Origin: an uncultured bacterium
GTDB lineage: Bacteria > Chlamydiota > Chlamydiia > Chlamydiales > SM23-39
Length of the DNA stretch: 64,000 nt
Assembly (NCBI GenBank): GCA_963716985.1
Contig: OY970323.1
Span: 736,001 to 800,000, forward strand
Direction of reading: 5' to 3'
The stretch's first letter is position 1; each line of letters opens with the position of its first letter. Shown one piece after another: positions 17,467-27,035 of the stretch. The position numbers were made by a program, and so were the translations under genes. The notes below the pieces were generated by a model. The model did no database searches and had not been told where the DNA came from. It saw only the letters and a list, made by a program, of their open reading frames with translations.

Positions 17467-18335
17467 GCCAAGTCATTGAAGAAATGTTAAAAAATTACAC
17501 ACCTCGATCTAAAACTGATTATGAAGGCGCTATTCAGGAGATCATGCAAGAAATTACCTTGATGGGTTTGTGGAGGAGAAAATTTTTTGAACACGCAGCT
17601 TTTTATGGTGGAACCTCCCTTCGCATTTTGTATGGACTCAATCGATTTAGCGAGGATCTCGACTTCTCTCTTCTTAAACCAAATCCCCATTTCAATCTTC
17701 TGCCTTTTTTGAATGCGATTGAAGAGGAGTTGGAAATTTCGGGATTAAAAGTCACTGTGGATCATAAAATCAAACATCCTGAAGGATCGATCAGCTCCGC
17801 TTTTTTAAAAACGGGGACTTTGGAGACATTCATCCGGATTGGTTTAGATGAACAGCTAAAAAAAAATACGCAATCGACTGAGGTGATTAAACTGAAGCTT
17901 GAGGTCGACATTAATCCACCTCCAGGCTTTGAAACCGAAATCCGCTATCTTACAAGACCCTTTCCTTTTTCCGTGCGTACCTACGTTCCGGAGGATTTAT
18001 TCGCAGGAAAAATGCATGCCCTATTATGCCGACCTTATAAACTGAGAGTGAAGGGGAGAGACTGGTACGATCTCATTTGGTATATCTCCAAGGGATTTCA
18101 TCTGAACTTAACACATTTAGAAATGCGGATGCGGCAGTCTGGGCATTACAAAGAAAAAACCTGCCTCGCGCCAGAACAATTTTTGGCCTTAATGGAAAAT
18201 AAAATTGCTGGACTCGATGTGAAGGCTGCTCAAGAAGATCTCTGGCGGTTTATCCGCAATCCGCGTGAGATCGAAGGGTGGTCTAAACCATTTTTCCAAG
18301 ACCTCTTGAAACAGATTCAGTTTGTTCCAAATTGA
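17463..18335 (+). CDS. AbiEii/AbiGii nucleotidyltransferase toxin
   Basis: FYGGTSLRILYGLNRFSEDLDFSL, KLEVD, AGKMHA and KGRDWYD motifs; ATGA overlap with the antitoxin. Confidence 0.92.
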   Translation: MSQVIEEMLKNYTPRSKTDYEGAIQEIMQEITLMGLWRRKFFEHAAFYGGTSLRILYGLNRFSEDLDFSLLKPNPHFNLLPFLNAIEEELEISGLKVTVDHKIKHPEGSISSAFLKTGTLETFIRIGLDEQLKKNTQSTEVIKLKLEVDINPPPGFETEIRYLTRPFPFSVRTYVPEDLFAGKMHALLCRPYKLRVKGRDWYDLIWYISKGFHLNLTHLEMRMRQSGHYKEKTCLAPEQFLALMENKIAGLDVKAAQEDLWRFIRNPREIEGWSKPFFQDLLKQIQFVPN

Positions 18336-18510
18336 TAATCTCGACTTTATACATTTTTCGGGCGCATTCCCAAATTGTGGGTAGCAGAGTGAGTAAAAAA
18401 AATTCTTAATAAAAATGCCCCTAATACCCAAAAATAGCTATGGGCGCAAAATCCCGTTGGATTTCAGCATTTGGCATCCCGTTTCTGTGCTTGCTCAAGT
18501 CGCTTGACGT

Positions 18511-19327
18511 TCAGCAGCAAGCTGCTTGATTAAATTGTTGATGGACTGGGATTCCGATCAAGTGATCGGGTAGTTTTGGCATCTTGATAAGACGCTTGAC
18601 AATCGGGTGCAATTTGCCCTCCCTTTGTTCTGCATGTCTCAGCTTTTTCCTGACTTGCTTGGCTTCAATTTGAGCAAATCGTTCCGCAAGAGTATCGCAG
18701 CCACCCAAGATGATCTTTTCATACTTCTTGTTCTGAAGGTTTTTTATCAGCGGCGTATCGGCGAGCATGGTGGTCAATACATGCCCCAAAGTTTTCCCGC
18801 CTGTGCGCTTCCTGGAACCGCGATTAATCTCACGGAAGAATCTCTCCATCAAATTATTTGTTCGCTGTGGTTGGATCGTTATTGTCTGTCCTGCCTTCGT
18901 CGTTACAGCGATTGGTTTTGTGAAGAGCTTGTCCCAGTACTTTTTGATTTGTTGCACCATTTTTCTGCAGACCTGATCAGCTAGGCATTTCTGTTGTATC
19001 TCCTGAGAATTGATGAACTTTTTGACTTCCGCTTCCATGACTCCCATGTCGCAAGTCAAAGCATCGTCATTGAGCCCATCTGAACCTCCCGGCTCAGCAA
19101 TGCGCAGAATCTTTCGAAGCCGCTCGAAGTACTTCACTTTTTGCTCCATTTCAGCAACATGTTTCATCAGCATGGGGTTTTCAAGTACGGCATCCAATTC
19201 TTCTTGCACCCTCTGCAGATATCCATGAGACGGTGGTACGGCGTGAATGAGTGTTCTGACTTTTTGCATCCGCTGAATAAAAATAAGTTTTTCTCGATCG
19301 AAAGGGAAGCCATAGCCGGATAACTCT
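18511..19327 (-). pseudogene. 5'-truncated transposase (unclassified/ISNCY-like)
   Basis: ELSGYGFPFDR upstream of the listed ORF, KYWDKLF and QRTNNLMERFFR; the frame is cut at the IS200 left end. Confidence 0.65.
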
Positions 19328-19461
19328 CAATAGGTAAGCCACTGGTTTGACCAGTGGACTCTCAAGGCTTGGCCTTAAAATTCAGTAAAGAAGGAAACGA
19401 CAAACATATCTATACTCCTTTGGATGGCTTAGCGAGTCAACCAAAAGGAGTATAGAATATG

Positions 19462-21376
19462 GTGCGCCAAGAGAAGCTGCGCACTTCTACTGGTGAAAGT
19501 CCAGGCATAAAAAGTGGATAGCCACCACATTATGTAGCGAATCTTGCAACTCCGGAGGTAACAAAAGAGCTGAAGCGTAGATAGCGAAACATTCGAGCCA
19601 AAACCGTGAGGTGAATGCGTTAAGTCTCGAGAGGTATATCGTGCAAGCCGAAACTTTCGTATTAGGAGCAGGCAACAGATGGGAAGCGGGTCAAAATGGC
19701 GAAACCCTGCGATCATCAAGCACCGGGATATTAAGCATTGGCGAGCTTGTAGAGAAGTGTGACGGAACTTGGGAAGTCCTTATTGCTCTCCGAAGGGAGT
19801 ATTTGTGGTTCAAGCGCCATGAACGTAAGACTGCAAAGATGGGATAAGGATGGCGGAGTCCACCATAGTAGCGAGGAACCGAGTAACGATCGGGGAGCAA
19901 AGGGTGGATAGAACAGAAACGAACGAAAAGGTGGAAACAATGTCTGTACACAGCAAAGACAGATATACAGTGTCAATGAAGCTGGATCGTATAGGAGATC
20001 TTTCGGCAGGAAATCATGATCTGGTGTTCAATAATCTGGGACATCTTATCAACGAGGAAATGCTGATGAGAGCATTTGCACAGCTTGATGGAACTAAAGC
20101 TGTAGGAATTGATGGTATAACAAAAGAAGCATATGGCAAAAATCTGGAGGAAAATCTCCGAATGCTCGCTGCGAAAGTGCATCGGGCGCAATATGCGCCA
20201 CAACCATCAAAGATAGTTGAAATACCCAAAGCAGATGGAGGCAAAAGACCTCTGGCAATATCCTGCATAGAGGACAAATTGGTGCAGATGGCAGCGGGAG
20301 AGATTTTGAACAAAATCTATGAACCGCTCTTTCTGCCGAGTTCTTTTGGATATAGGCCCGGGAAAAGCTGCCATGATGCTATTACCGCTTTGCACCAAGC
20401 AGTATACGAGTGCAAAGATGGCGCTCTATTGGAGATTGATATTCGGAAGTATTTTAACTCTATTCCACATATGGAAATGGAGGCTATACTACAGAAGAAA
20501 ATCAACGATCCAAAATTCCTGAGGCTGATACATATTCTGTTGCAAGCAGAAACCATCACAAACGATGGGGTAGTGCAAAAGAATTTAGTCGGATGCCCAC
20601 AGGGATCGGTCACTTCACCGATTTTATCAAATATCTACCTACATGAAGTGGTGGATAGTTGGATAGAATCCATTCGAACATATCTCAAGGGAAAGATCTT
20701 TCCGATTCGTTTCTGCGATGATATGGTATTTGTATTCGAATGCAGTGAAGATGCGGAAAGGTTCTATAGAGCGTTTACCCAAAGGTTGCAGAAATATGGA
20801 CTTGCGGTTCACGAAGACAAGTCGCATCTGCACTCCTCGGGATCGAAAAGAATAGCAGAAATGGCGGCCAAGAAACAAAAGCTGCCTGTTTTCAAATTTC
20901 TGGGATTTACCTTCTTCTGGGAAAAAGCGCAGAAAGGGAACTTCTGGAGATTAAAAGTCCGCAGCAGAGGAGATCGGAAGCACTCGAAACTTCAGGGATT
21001 ATCAAAATTTCTGAAAGAGAATAAAGCCATGAAAACCTTGATAATGTTTCAACAGATACTGCCAATCATCAAAGGGTGGATCAACTATCATGCAGTGACC
21101 GACAACTCTAGAGCGGTAAACGGATTTATCTTCCAATGCGAAAGAGCTATCTTCAAATGGATCAACAGGAAAGGTGGCAGAAAGAAAATGAGTTGGGAGA
21201 AATTCGAGAAAGTTCTGGAAAAAGTGGGCTTTCCAATGAAGTGGAAAATCAAATGCATCATAGGAACTCCTAAGGTAATCAAAACCTAAAAGGACTGTTC
21301 GGGAGCCGGATGCGGGAAACCTGCAAGTCCTGGTTCTGAGGAGGGGGAAGCGGAGCAATCCGCTCCTCTACTCACC
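19462..21376 (+). mobile_element. Apparently full-length group II intron
   Basis: 5' GTGCG; DV GAGCCGGATGCGGGAAACCTGCAAGTCCTGGTTC; DVI with bulged A at 21370; removal restores the tnpA frame. Confidence 0.88.
19850..21289 (+). CDS. ltrA: Group II intron reverse transcriptase/maturase, no endonuclease domain (true start may be 19940)
   Basis: KAVGIDG, IPKADGGKRPL, SFGYRPG, EIDIRKYF, GCPQGS, RFCDD, FLGF and GWINYH motifs. Confidence 0.93.
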   Translation: MAESTIVARNRVTIGEQRVDRTETNEKVETMSVHSKDRYTVSMKLDRIGDLSAGNHDLVFNNLGHLINEEMLMRAFAQLDGTKAVGIDGITKEAYGKNLEENLRMLAAKVHRAQYAPQPSKIVEIPKADGGKRPLAISCIEDKLVQMAAGEILNKIYEPLFLPSSFGYRPGKSCHDAITALHQAVYECKDGALLEIDIRKYFNSIPHMEMEAILQKKINDPKFLRLIHILLQAETITNDGVVQKNLVGCPQGSVTSPILSNIYLHEVVDSWIESIRTYLKGKIFPIRFCDDMVFVFECSEDAERFYRAFTQRLQKYGLAVHEDKSHLHSSGSKRIAEMAAKKQKLPVFKFLGFTFFWEKAQKGNFWRLKVRSRGDRKHSKLQGLSKFLKENKAMKTLIMFQQILPIIKGWINYHAVTDNSRAVNGFIFQCERAIFKWINRKGGRKKMSWEKFEKVLEKVGFPMKWKIKCIIGTPKVIKT

Positions 21377-21814
21377 AACGATACAACATCGTCATATAAT
21401 AGTTTAGCCCATTCCAGGTGGGATTGCAAATTCCACGTGGTATTTATCCCAAAATGCAGGAAAGAGAAATTGTATGGTCAAGTAAGAAAATTTTTAGGTC
21501 CCGTTTTTCGAGAATTGGCTCGTCAAAAAGAATGCACAATTATGGAGGGGAAAATGATGCCTGACCATGTCCACATGTTGATTCAAATTCCTCCCAAGTA
21601 TCCAGCCGCATCAGTGATAGGGTACATAAAAGGAAAAAGTGCAATCGCAGTTGCTCGTCAATTTCGTGGTAAAAAGAGAAATTTCACAGGAGAACAGTTG
21701 TGGGCTCGAGGGTATGCAATATCAACCGTTGGATTTGAAGTAGAGAAAATCCGAGCATACATCAAAGATCAGGAGCGCTTAGACAGTCAAAATGAAGAAG
21801 AGGGTTCGTTTTAA
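21377..21814 (+). CDS. tnpA: IS200 Y1 transposase, exon 2 (exon 1 is the ATG at 19459-19461)
   Basis: NDTTSSYNSLAHSRWDCKFHVVFIPKCR...DHVHML (HUH)...YIKGKS...WARGY...YIKDQ. Confidence 0.9.
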   Translation, partial: NDTTSSYNSLAHSRWDCKFHVVFIPKCRKEKLYGQVRKFLGPVFRELARQKECTIMEGKMMPDHVHMLIQIPPKYPAASVIGYIKGKSAIAVARQFRGKKRNFTGEQLWARGYAISTVGFEVEKIRAYIKDQERLDSQNEEEGSF

Positions 21815-21844
21815 CATCTAAAATTAAAGCTCGTTAGGCCATCT

Positions 21845-21943
21845 GCAGCCCTTGGGGCTGCTCACTACCATATCCAGGCAAGTCCAAGTGGCTTGGTAAA
21901 AAAAGTTGTTAGGAGTTCCTTGGCAGCCCATAGGGCTGCTCAC
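21845..21943. repeat. Two REP-like palindromes in the IS200 right end
   Basis: GCAGCCCTTGGGGCTGCTCAC (21845) and GCAGCCCATAGGGCTGCTCAC (21923). Confidence 0.7.
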
Positions 21944-21981
21944 AACTATCAAGCCCCTCGCTTTGCGAGGGCGTCATGACT

Positions 21982-22328
21982 GCCGTTTTTAGGTTCAACG
22001 TGATCGCGTAGGATGTGTTCGATGAGATTTTTATAAACCCATTGGAGGTACCATGGAAGATTAATTAAGCTGCTTTCATCGAATGCAAAATAGTCTTCTT
22101 CTCCGCAAAAGCTATCAATTGACACTGGGATTGGTGGACGGTTGGTTTTTTTATCAAACCTAGTGCTCTGTCATAGTTAAAATTTAGGATTATAAGTTTG
22201 GCAACGGTCGGCATAAACTCAAGTCAATTTATCCTAAAATTAAAGAATGGCAGAGCACTAGCAGTTTGTTTTTCATTGATTCCAAAGTTTCTAATGTGAA
22301 ATTGCGGAACGTAGTGTCCATATGCCAT
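21982..22328 (-). pseudogene. DUF4238-like gene, interrupted by a MITE and truncated by IS200
   Basis: MAYGHYVPQFHIRNF start. Removing the MITE restores ...QTARFDKKTNRPPIPVSIDSFCGEEDYF... Confidence 0.7.
22163..22258. mobile_element. 96-bp MITE with TA target duplication (IS630-like)
   Basis: TA|GTGCTCTGTCAT...ATGGCAGAGCAC|TA in a CTAG context; excision restores the reading frame. Confidence 0.8.
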
Positions 22329-22344
22329 TACTATTTTTCCTTCT

Positions 22345-22372
22345 ATAAAAAAGGCCGGGAGATTTCCCAGCT
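22345..22372 (-). terminator. tmRNA intrinsic terminator
   Basis: Minus strand AGCTGGGA-AATC-TCCCGGCC-TTTTTT. Confidence 0.75.
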
Positions 22373-22381
22373 CTGTAATTT

Positions 22382-22744
22382 TGGAGGTGGAGAGAATCGA
22401 ACTCTCGTCCTCAGTAAACTCCATATTCATGACTACATGCTTAGCATCTTAGGGTAGATCGACTTTGCTGCAAGACGCAAGCACTTCAAGTCGAGCCTTC
22501 TTTCTTTGTCTCGAAGGGCTCCTAAAAGAAGAAGAGAAAAACCTTCATGCCAGGGTCGTGACGGTAGATCCCAAGACTCCTGGTCAGGTCTATGGGCTAC
22601 CGAGCGCATAAAACTGTTAGGTCTTACGCAGCCAATGCCAATTTAGGTTCGGCAATTAATGTTTTATCGGATTTTTAAGAGGCCAACCGACGTCCTCTGC
22701 ATGCCACGGATACTTTATTTCCGAGTCGAAACCGTTACACCCCC
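22382..22744 (-). ncRNA. ssrA: tmRNA; tag reading frame AEPKLALAA* at 22653-22624
   Basis: 5' GGGGGTGTAACGGTTTCGAC; 3' GGACGAGAGTTCGATTCTCTCCACCTCCA; tag ends in LAA; next to ileS as in Chlamydia. Confidence 0.95.
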
Positions 22745-22886
22745 GTTTTTTCTCTCTTTATTGTACCATAATAAAGCTTTTTTGCATAGACGGGAGGTCT
22801 TAGAACATGAACTACTTACAAGCTCTTTTTCCTCTGGATCTTATGTGTAGCATCTGCTATAAAAAACTTGTCATTTTGGAGATATT

Positions 22887-25800
22887 ATGCTGCATTTCAA
22901 CTCTAAAGAGAGTTTTCCTGAGAGAGAAGAGAGGATTTTGGCCTTTTGGCAGAAGGAAAAAATCTTCGAAAAATCCTTAGACAAAAGAAAGAATTCTCCT
23001 CTTTATTCCTTTTACGACGGACCTCCTTTTGCCACCGGACTTCCCCATTATGGCCATCTTTTGGCAGGGACGCTCAAAGACGTGATCCCTCGTTATAAAA
23101 CGATGAAGGGCTATCTGGTCCCTAGGCGCTTTGGCTGGGATTGCCATGGACTGCCCGTTGAAAATGAGATCGAAAAGGAAAAGAACCTCTGCGGTGTCAA
23201 CGCGATTGAAGAGTTTGGAATTGCTCGTTTCAATGAGGAGTGCGCCAAGATTGTCTTGCGCTATACCTCCGAATGGAAAAAGACTGTTTTTCGGATGGGC
23301 CGCTGGGTCGATATGGAGAATACCTATCGCACTATGGATCTTGACTTTATGGAATCGGTCTGGTGGGTCTTCAAACAGCTTTATGACCAAGGGATGATCT
23401 ACGAAAGCTATAAGGTGATGCCCTTTTGCTCGCGTTTGGGCACACCTCTGTCCAATTTTGAAGCGAGTCAAAACTATAAAGAAGTAGATGATCCCTCCTT
23501 AACGATTGCCTTTGCGGCAGAGGAGGCAAATACCTACTATCTGGCTTGGACAACTACCCCATGGACCCTGGTGGCGAATCTGGCCCTGACCGTGGGAGAA
23601 GATATTGATTACGTAAAGGTTCGGGAGAAAGAATCGGGACGGTTTTACATACTTGCCCGCGAGCGCATAGGATCTGTTATCAAGGGGGAGTATGAGGTGA
23701 TCTCTCATTTTAAAGGCAAAGATCTCAAGGGCCGGCACTACCGGCCTCTGCTTCCCTATTTTGCCCACCTCAAAGAAAAGAAAGCCTTTCAGATTATTAC
23801 CGATGCCTTTGTTTCGCTAGAAGAGGGAACGGGCATCGTCCACACAGCGCCTGCGTTTGGAGAGGCGGATTTTTATGCTTGCAAAAATAGTGGGATCGAA
23901 GCGATGGCCTGTCCTGTGGATACCAACGGGAAATTCACAAAAGAAGTTCCCGATTATGTTGGCCTCGAGGTAAAAGAGACAGACAAGCCGATCATTCGTC
24001 GTTTGAGGGAAGAGGGAAAACTCTATGCGCAAGCCACGATCCACCACCGCTATCCTTTTTGCTGGAGAACAGATACCCCCCTCATCTATAGAGTCATCAA
24101 TTCATGGTTTGTCGCGGTTGAACCTCTGCGAGAAAGGCTGTTAAGGGCCAACGCAAAGATCCATTGGGTTCCCGGACATATCAAAGAAGGCCGTTTTGGC
24201 AAATGGCTGGAAAATGCTCGCGACTGGGCGATTTCTCGCGCTCGTTATTGGGGCACCCCGCTTCCTATTTGGAAAAGCGAGGAGGGAGATCTTCTCGTCA
24301 TGGGAAGCATTGCGGAATTGGAAAAAAAATGCGGCCAAAAAATCACGAACCTGCATCGACAGTTCATCGACGATCTGATCATTCATCATAATGGAAAAAA
24401 ATATAAACGCGTTCCCGAAGTGTTTGATTGCTGGTTTGAATCGGGCTCTATGCCCTATGCGCAAAACCACTATCCTTTTGAAAACAAAGCCCAAACAGAA
24501 AAAGCCTTTCCTGCAGATTTTATCGCCGAGGGGCTTGATCAGACGCGCGGCTGGTTTTATACGTTAACCGTTCTTTCCGTTGCCCTTTTTGATCAGCCAG
24601 CGTTCAAGAATGTGATTGTGAACGGCATCATCTTAGCCGAGGATGGCAATAAGATGTCGAAGAGGCTCAAAAATTATCCCGAGCCCGAAACGATCATCCA
24701 TCGTTACGGCGCCGATGCGATCCGCCTCTATATGATGCAGAGCCCTGCAGTGAAAGCAGAAGATTTGCGCTTTTCTACTGCCGGCGTGGAGCTTGTCTTA
24801 AGACAGCTTTTGATTCCTTTTTGGAATGGTTTTGCTTTTTGGAGCACCTATGCAGCGATTTACAAGTGGAAACCTACTGCCTCCTCTTCGCCTCAAGCGG
24901 CCATCGATCGTTGGATCTTGTCTTTATCGCAAAAGCTGATCATGGATGTAGAAACTGCTTTAGAAGAATATGACCTTTCCAAGGCGACGGGGCCGCTTTT
25001 CAGCTTTGTGGACGATCTGACCAACTGGTACATTCGAAGATCTCGATCGCGCTTTTGGGCTGATGAAGACAGCCAAGATCGAAGAGAGGCATTTGCAACT
25101 CTTTATTCCGTTCTGATCACTTTTTGCCAGGTAGCCGCTCCCTTTATTCCTTTTATTGCCGAAGCGGTATTTAAAGAGCTCAAAGAGGATGTTCTTTCCG
25201 TTCACCTGACCGATTTTCCCGTTTATGAGGAGAAAAAAAGAGATCTTCTTTTAGAGGCCGAGATGTCTTATGTCAAACGGGCGGTGAGCATTGGTCATGC
25301 CCTCCGAAAGGAGCATAAGATCAAGGTGCGCCAGCCGCTTTCCATCGCTCATGTGATTGCTGCCGATCCCACGATTCTTGGCTCGCTGCAGAGCCAAAAA
25401 AATCTCATTGCTGATGAGCTGAATGTCAAAGAGGTGGTTTTTCATTCCGATGAGAAGAAGTTTTTAACGCTACACGTCAAGCCCAATTTCCGCATACTCG
25501 GAAAGAAGGTAGGAAAACTTCTGCCTATCGTTCAAAAATTTCTCGGATCTCTTCCCTTATCTCAGATCAAAGCCCTTCAAAAAGGGGAGCCCCTTTCTTT
25601 AAAAATTGAAGGAGAAGAGCTCATTCTTAGCTCTGAGGATGTAACGATCGAGCGAGAGATCAAAGAATCTATTGCCGCAGCTTCCGACGATCAAATTGCC
25701 CTGGCCCTGGAAACTCATCTGAGCGAAGAGTTGAAAGAAGAGGGCCTTGCTCGGGAGATTGTGAATAAGATCAACACGATGCGCCGCGACCAGGATTTTC

Positions 25801-25982
25801 TGGTGACCGATCGCATTCATGTGGTGATGGACACAACCGATGTAGTTAAAAAATGTTTTAACAAGTATCAAGACTATATCCGAAATGAGGTGCTAGCTGT
25901 AAGCGTTCGCTTTGCTTTCATCTCGGGAGAAGAGTGGGACCTCAATGGAGAAAAAGCTATTGTATCGGTTCAAAAGGCTTAA
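22887..25982 (+). CDS. ileS: Isoleucine--tRNA ligase (type 2)
   Basis: DGPPFATGLPHYGH, GWDCHGLP, WTTTPWTL, EGLDQTRGWFY and KMSKR motifs. Confidence 0.98.
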   Translation: MLHFNSKESFPEREERILAFWQKEKIFEKSLDKRKNSPLYSFYDGPPFATGLPHYGHLLAGTLKDVIPRYKTMKGYLVPRRFGWDCHGLPVENEIEKEKNLCGVNAIEEFGIARFNEECAKIVLRYTSEWKKTVFRMGRWVDMENTYRTMDLDFMESVWWVFKQLYDQGMIYESYKVMPFCSRLGTPLSNFEASQNYKEVDDPSLTIAFAAEEANTYYLAWTTTPWTLVANLALTVGEDIDYVKVREKESGRFYILARERIGSVIKGEYEVISHFKGKDLKGRHYRPLLPYFAHLKEKKAFQIITDAFVSLEEGTGIVHTAPAFGEADFYACKNSGIEAMACPVDTNGKFTKEVPDYVGLEVKETDKPIIRRLREEGKLYAQATIHHRYPFCWRTDTPLIYRVINSWFVAVEPLRERLLRANAKIHWVPGHIKEGRFGKWLENARDWAISRARYWGTPLPIWKSEEGDLLVMGSIAELEKKCGQKITNLHRQFIDDLIIHHNGKKYKRVPEVFDCWFESGSMPYAQNHYPFENKAQTEKAFPADFIAEGLDQTRGWFYTLTVLSVALFDQPAFKNVIVNGIILAEDGNKMSKRLKNYPEPETIIHRYGADAIRLYMMQSPAVKAEDLRFSTAGVELVLRQLLIPFWNGFAFWSTYAAIYKWKPTASSSPQAAIDRWILSLSQKLIMDVETALEEYDLSKATGPLFSFVDDLTNWYIRRSRSRFWADEDSQDRREAFATLYSVLITFCQVAAPFIPFIAEAVFKELKEDVLSVHLTDFPVYEEKKRDLLLEAEMSYVKRAVSIGHALRKEHKIKVRQPLSIAHVIAADPTILGSLQSQKNLIADELNVKEVVFHSDEKKFLTLHVKPNFRILGKKVGKLLPIVQKFLGSLPLSQIKALQKGEPLSLKIEGEELILSSEDVTIEREIKESIAAASDDQIALALETHLSEELKEEGLAREIVNKINTMRRDQDFLVTDRIHVVMDTTDVVKKCFNKYQDYIRNEVLAVSVRFAFISGEEWDLNGEKAIVSVQKA

Positions 25983-26096
25983 AAAAAAGATATTCGGTGC
26001 AAAGCGCCTTGAAGATGTGAAAATCCTACATTCTTAAAAAAGAAAACCGGCTCCTGGAAGGGAACCGGCAGTGACTTATGGAAAGAGAGAGTATTT

Positions 26097-27035
26097 TTAA
26101 GAACGTGACGCTTGTCTTGTTTCGGTTTGTGCTACAGTCGCCACCTTCTTTCCGAAGCCGGTTGCGTTAGAAACATATGCGCCAATTGCAGATTGGGCTA
26201 CATAGCCGGCAACTGCGCGGGCTCCGGTTGCGATTTGTGGTGCGAAATACCATCCGGCAAAGCCTATGGATGCTACGACTGCCGTGCCTCCAATTGCCGC
26301 CGTGATGTAAGGATGCCTTCTTACAAAATTAGGAGCTGGTGCTACAACTACCGGTTTTCTGAATTTAGACAAGGCCCACTCGAGCATAGGCTGAACCCAC
26401 TGGATCAATTGTCCGCCATAGAGTTTATTGAATACCCATGAAAGGGAGGCGAAAAGAAGTGTTAGTCCATAGAAAAGAGTGGCGGGTATGGCAGTGAGAA
26501 GTTTGCGACCCAATTTCAAGACGCTAAAAAGCAGGATGAAGGCAGATTCAATCATTCCTACTATTATCGTAGCCGAAAGAGCGAATAATTTGGACAAAAT
26601 GTTATTGCCGAGTGCGGATGTGCGACCTAAGATATGGTAGATACCTTTCAAGTGAGTGATCAATGCGCTAGGATTCTTGATCAACCATCCATTATTGAAA
26701 TTGACCAGATTAGTTAAAAAGAAACCTGAATTGATTTCTTTTAGGCACATATCTGTTGGCATGCAAACTGCGCTAAAGTCTTTCGCGCATTTTTTTCTTA
26801 AATCTTGTTTTTCGATAGCAATGAGGTCATCGTTGCTTGTTGATTTTGCAATTCTTTGATAAGCATCATTAATTCTTTTAAGAGATGCCTTATATTCAGC
26901 TTCATTTTTTGGGTGAAAATTAAATTGAATTCTGTCTGCTTTTGTGCCAAGAGACTGTTGGATTCTAATATTCGCAGATCGAAGATCTGCCGTTGAGACC
27001 GGTGTTGGCCGAAACATAGATGATATAAATGACAT
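26097..27035 (-). CDS. Hypothetical membrane protein (Inc-like, candidate T3SS substrate)
   Basis: Ser/Thr-rich N-terminus without a signal peptide, bilobed hydrophobic region, extra C-terminal TM; AT-rich upstream region. Confidence 0.6.
   Translation of the reverse strand: MSFISSMFRPTPVSTADLRSANIRIQQSLGTKADRIQFNFHPKNEAEYKASLKRINDAYQRIAKSTSNDDLIAIEKQDLRKKCAKDFSAVCMPTDMCLKEINSGFFLTNLVNFNNGWLIKNPSALITHLKGIYHILGRTSALGNNILSKLFALSATIIVGMIESAFILLFSVLKLGRKLLTAIPATLFYGLTLLFASLSWVFNKLYGGQLIQWVQPMLEWALSKFRKPVVVAPAPNFVRRHPYITAAIGGTAVVASIGFAGWYFAPQIATGARAVAGYVAQSAIGAYVSNATGFGKKVATVAQTETRQASRS

Larger units (their letters stand above)
19328..21981 (+). mobile_element. IS200-family insertion sequence carrying a group II intron
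   Basis: Left hairpin CCACTGG-TTTGA-CCAGTGG; RBS-sequestering inverted repeat at 19409-19456; tnpA; right hairpin CCCTCGC-TTT-GCGAGGG. Confidence 0.8.

Noticed and set aside
15488..21289. Retron, DGR or Abi-type role for the reverse transcriptases
   Set aside because: Both RTs have maturase domains followed by DV/DVI RNA structures. No template/variable repeat pair or msr-msd was seen.
22382..22412. tRNA gene
   Set aside because: The T-arm and acceptor sequence is the 3' tRNA-like domain of tmRNA.
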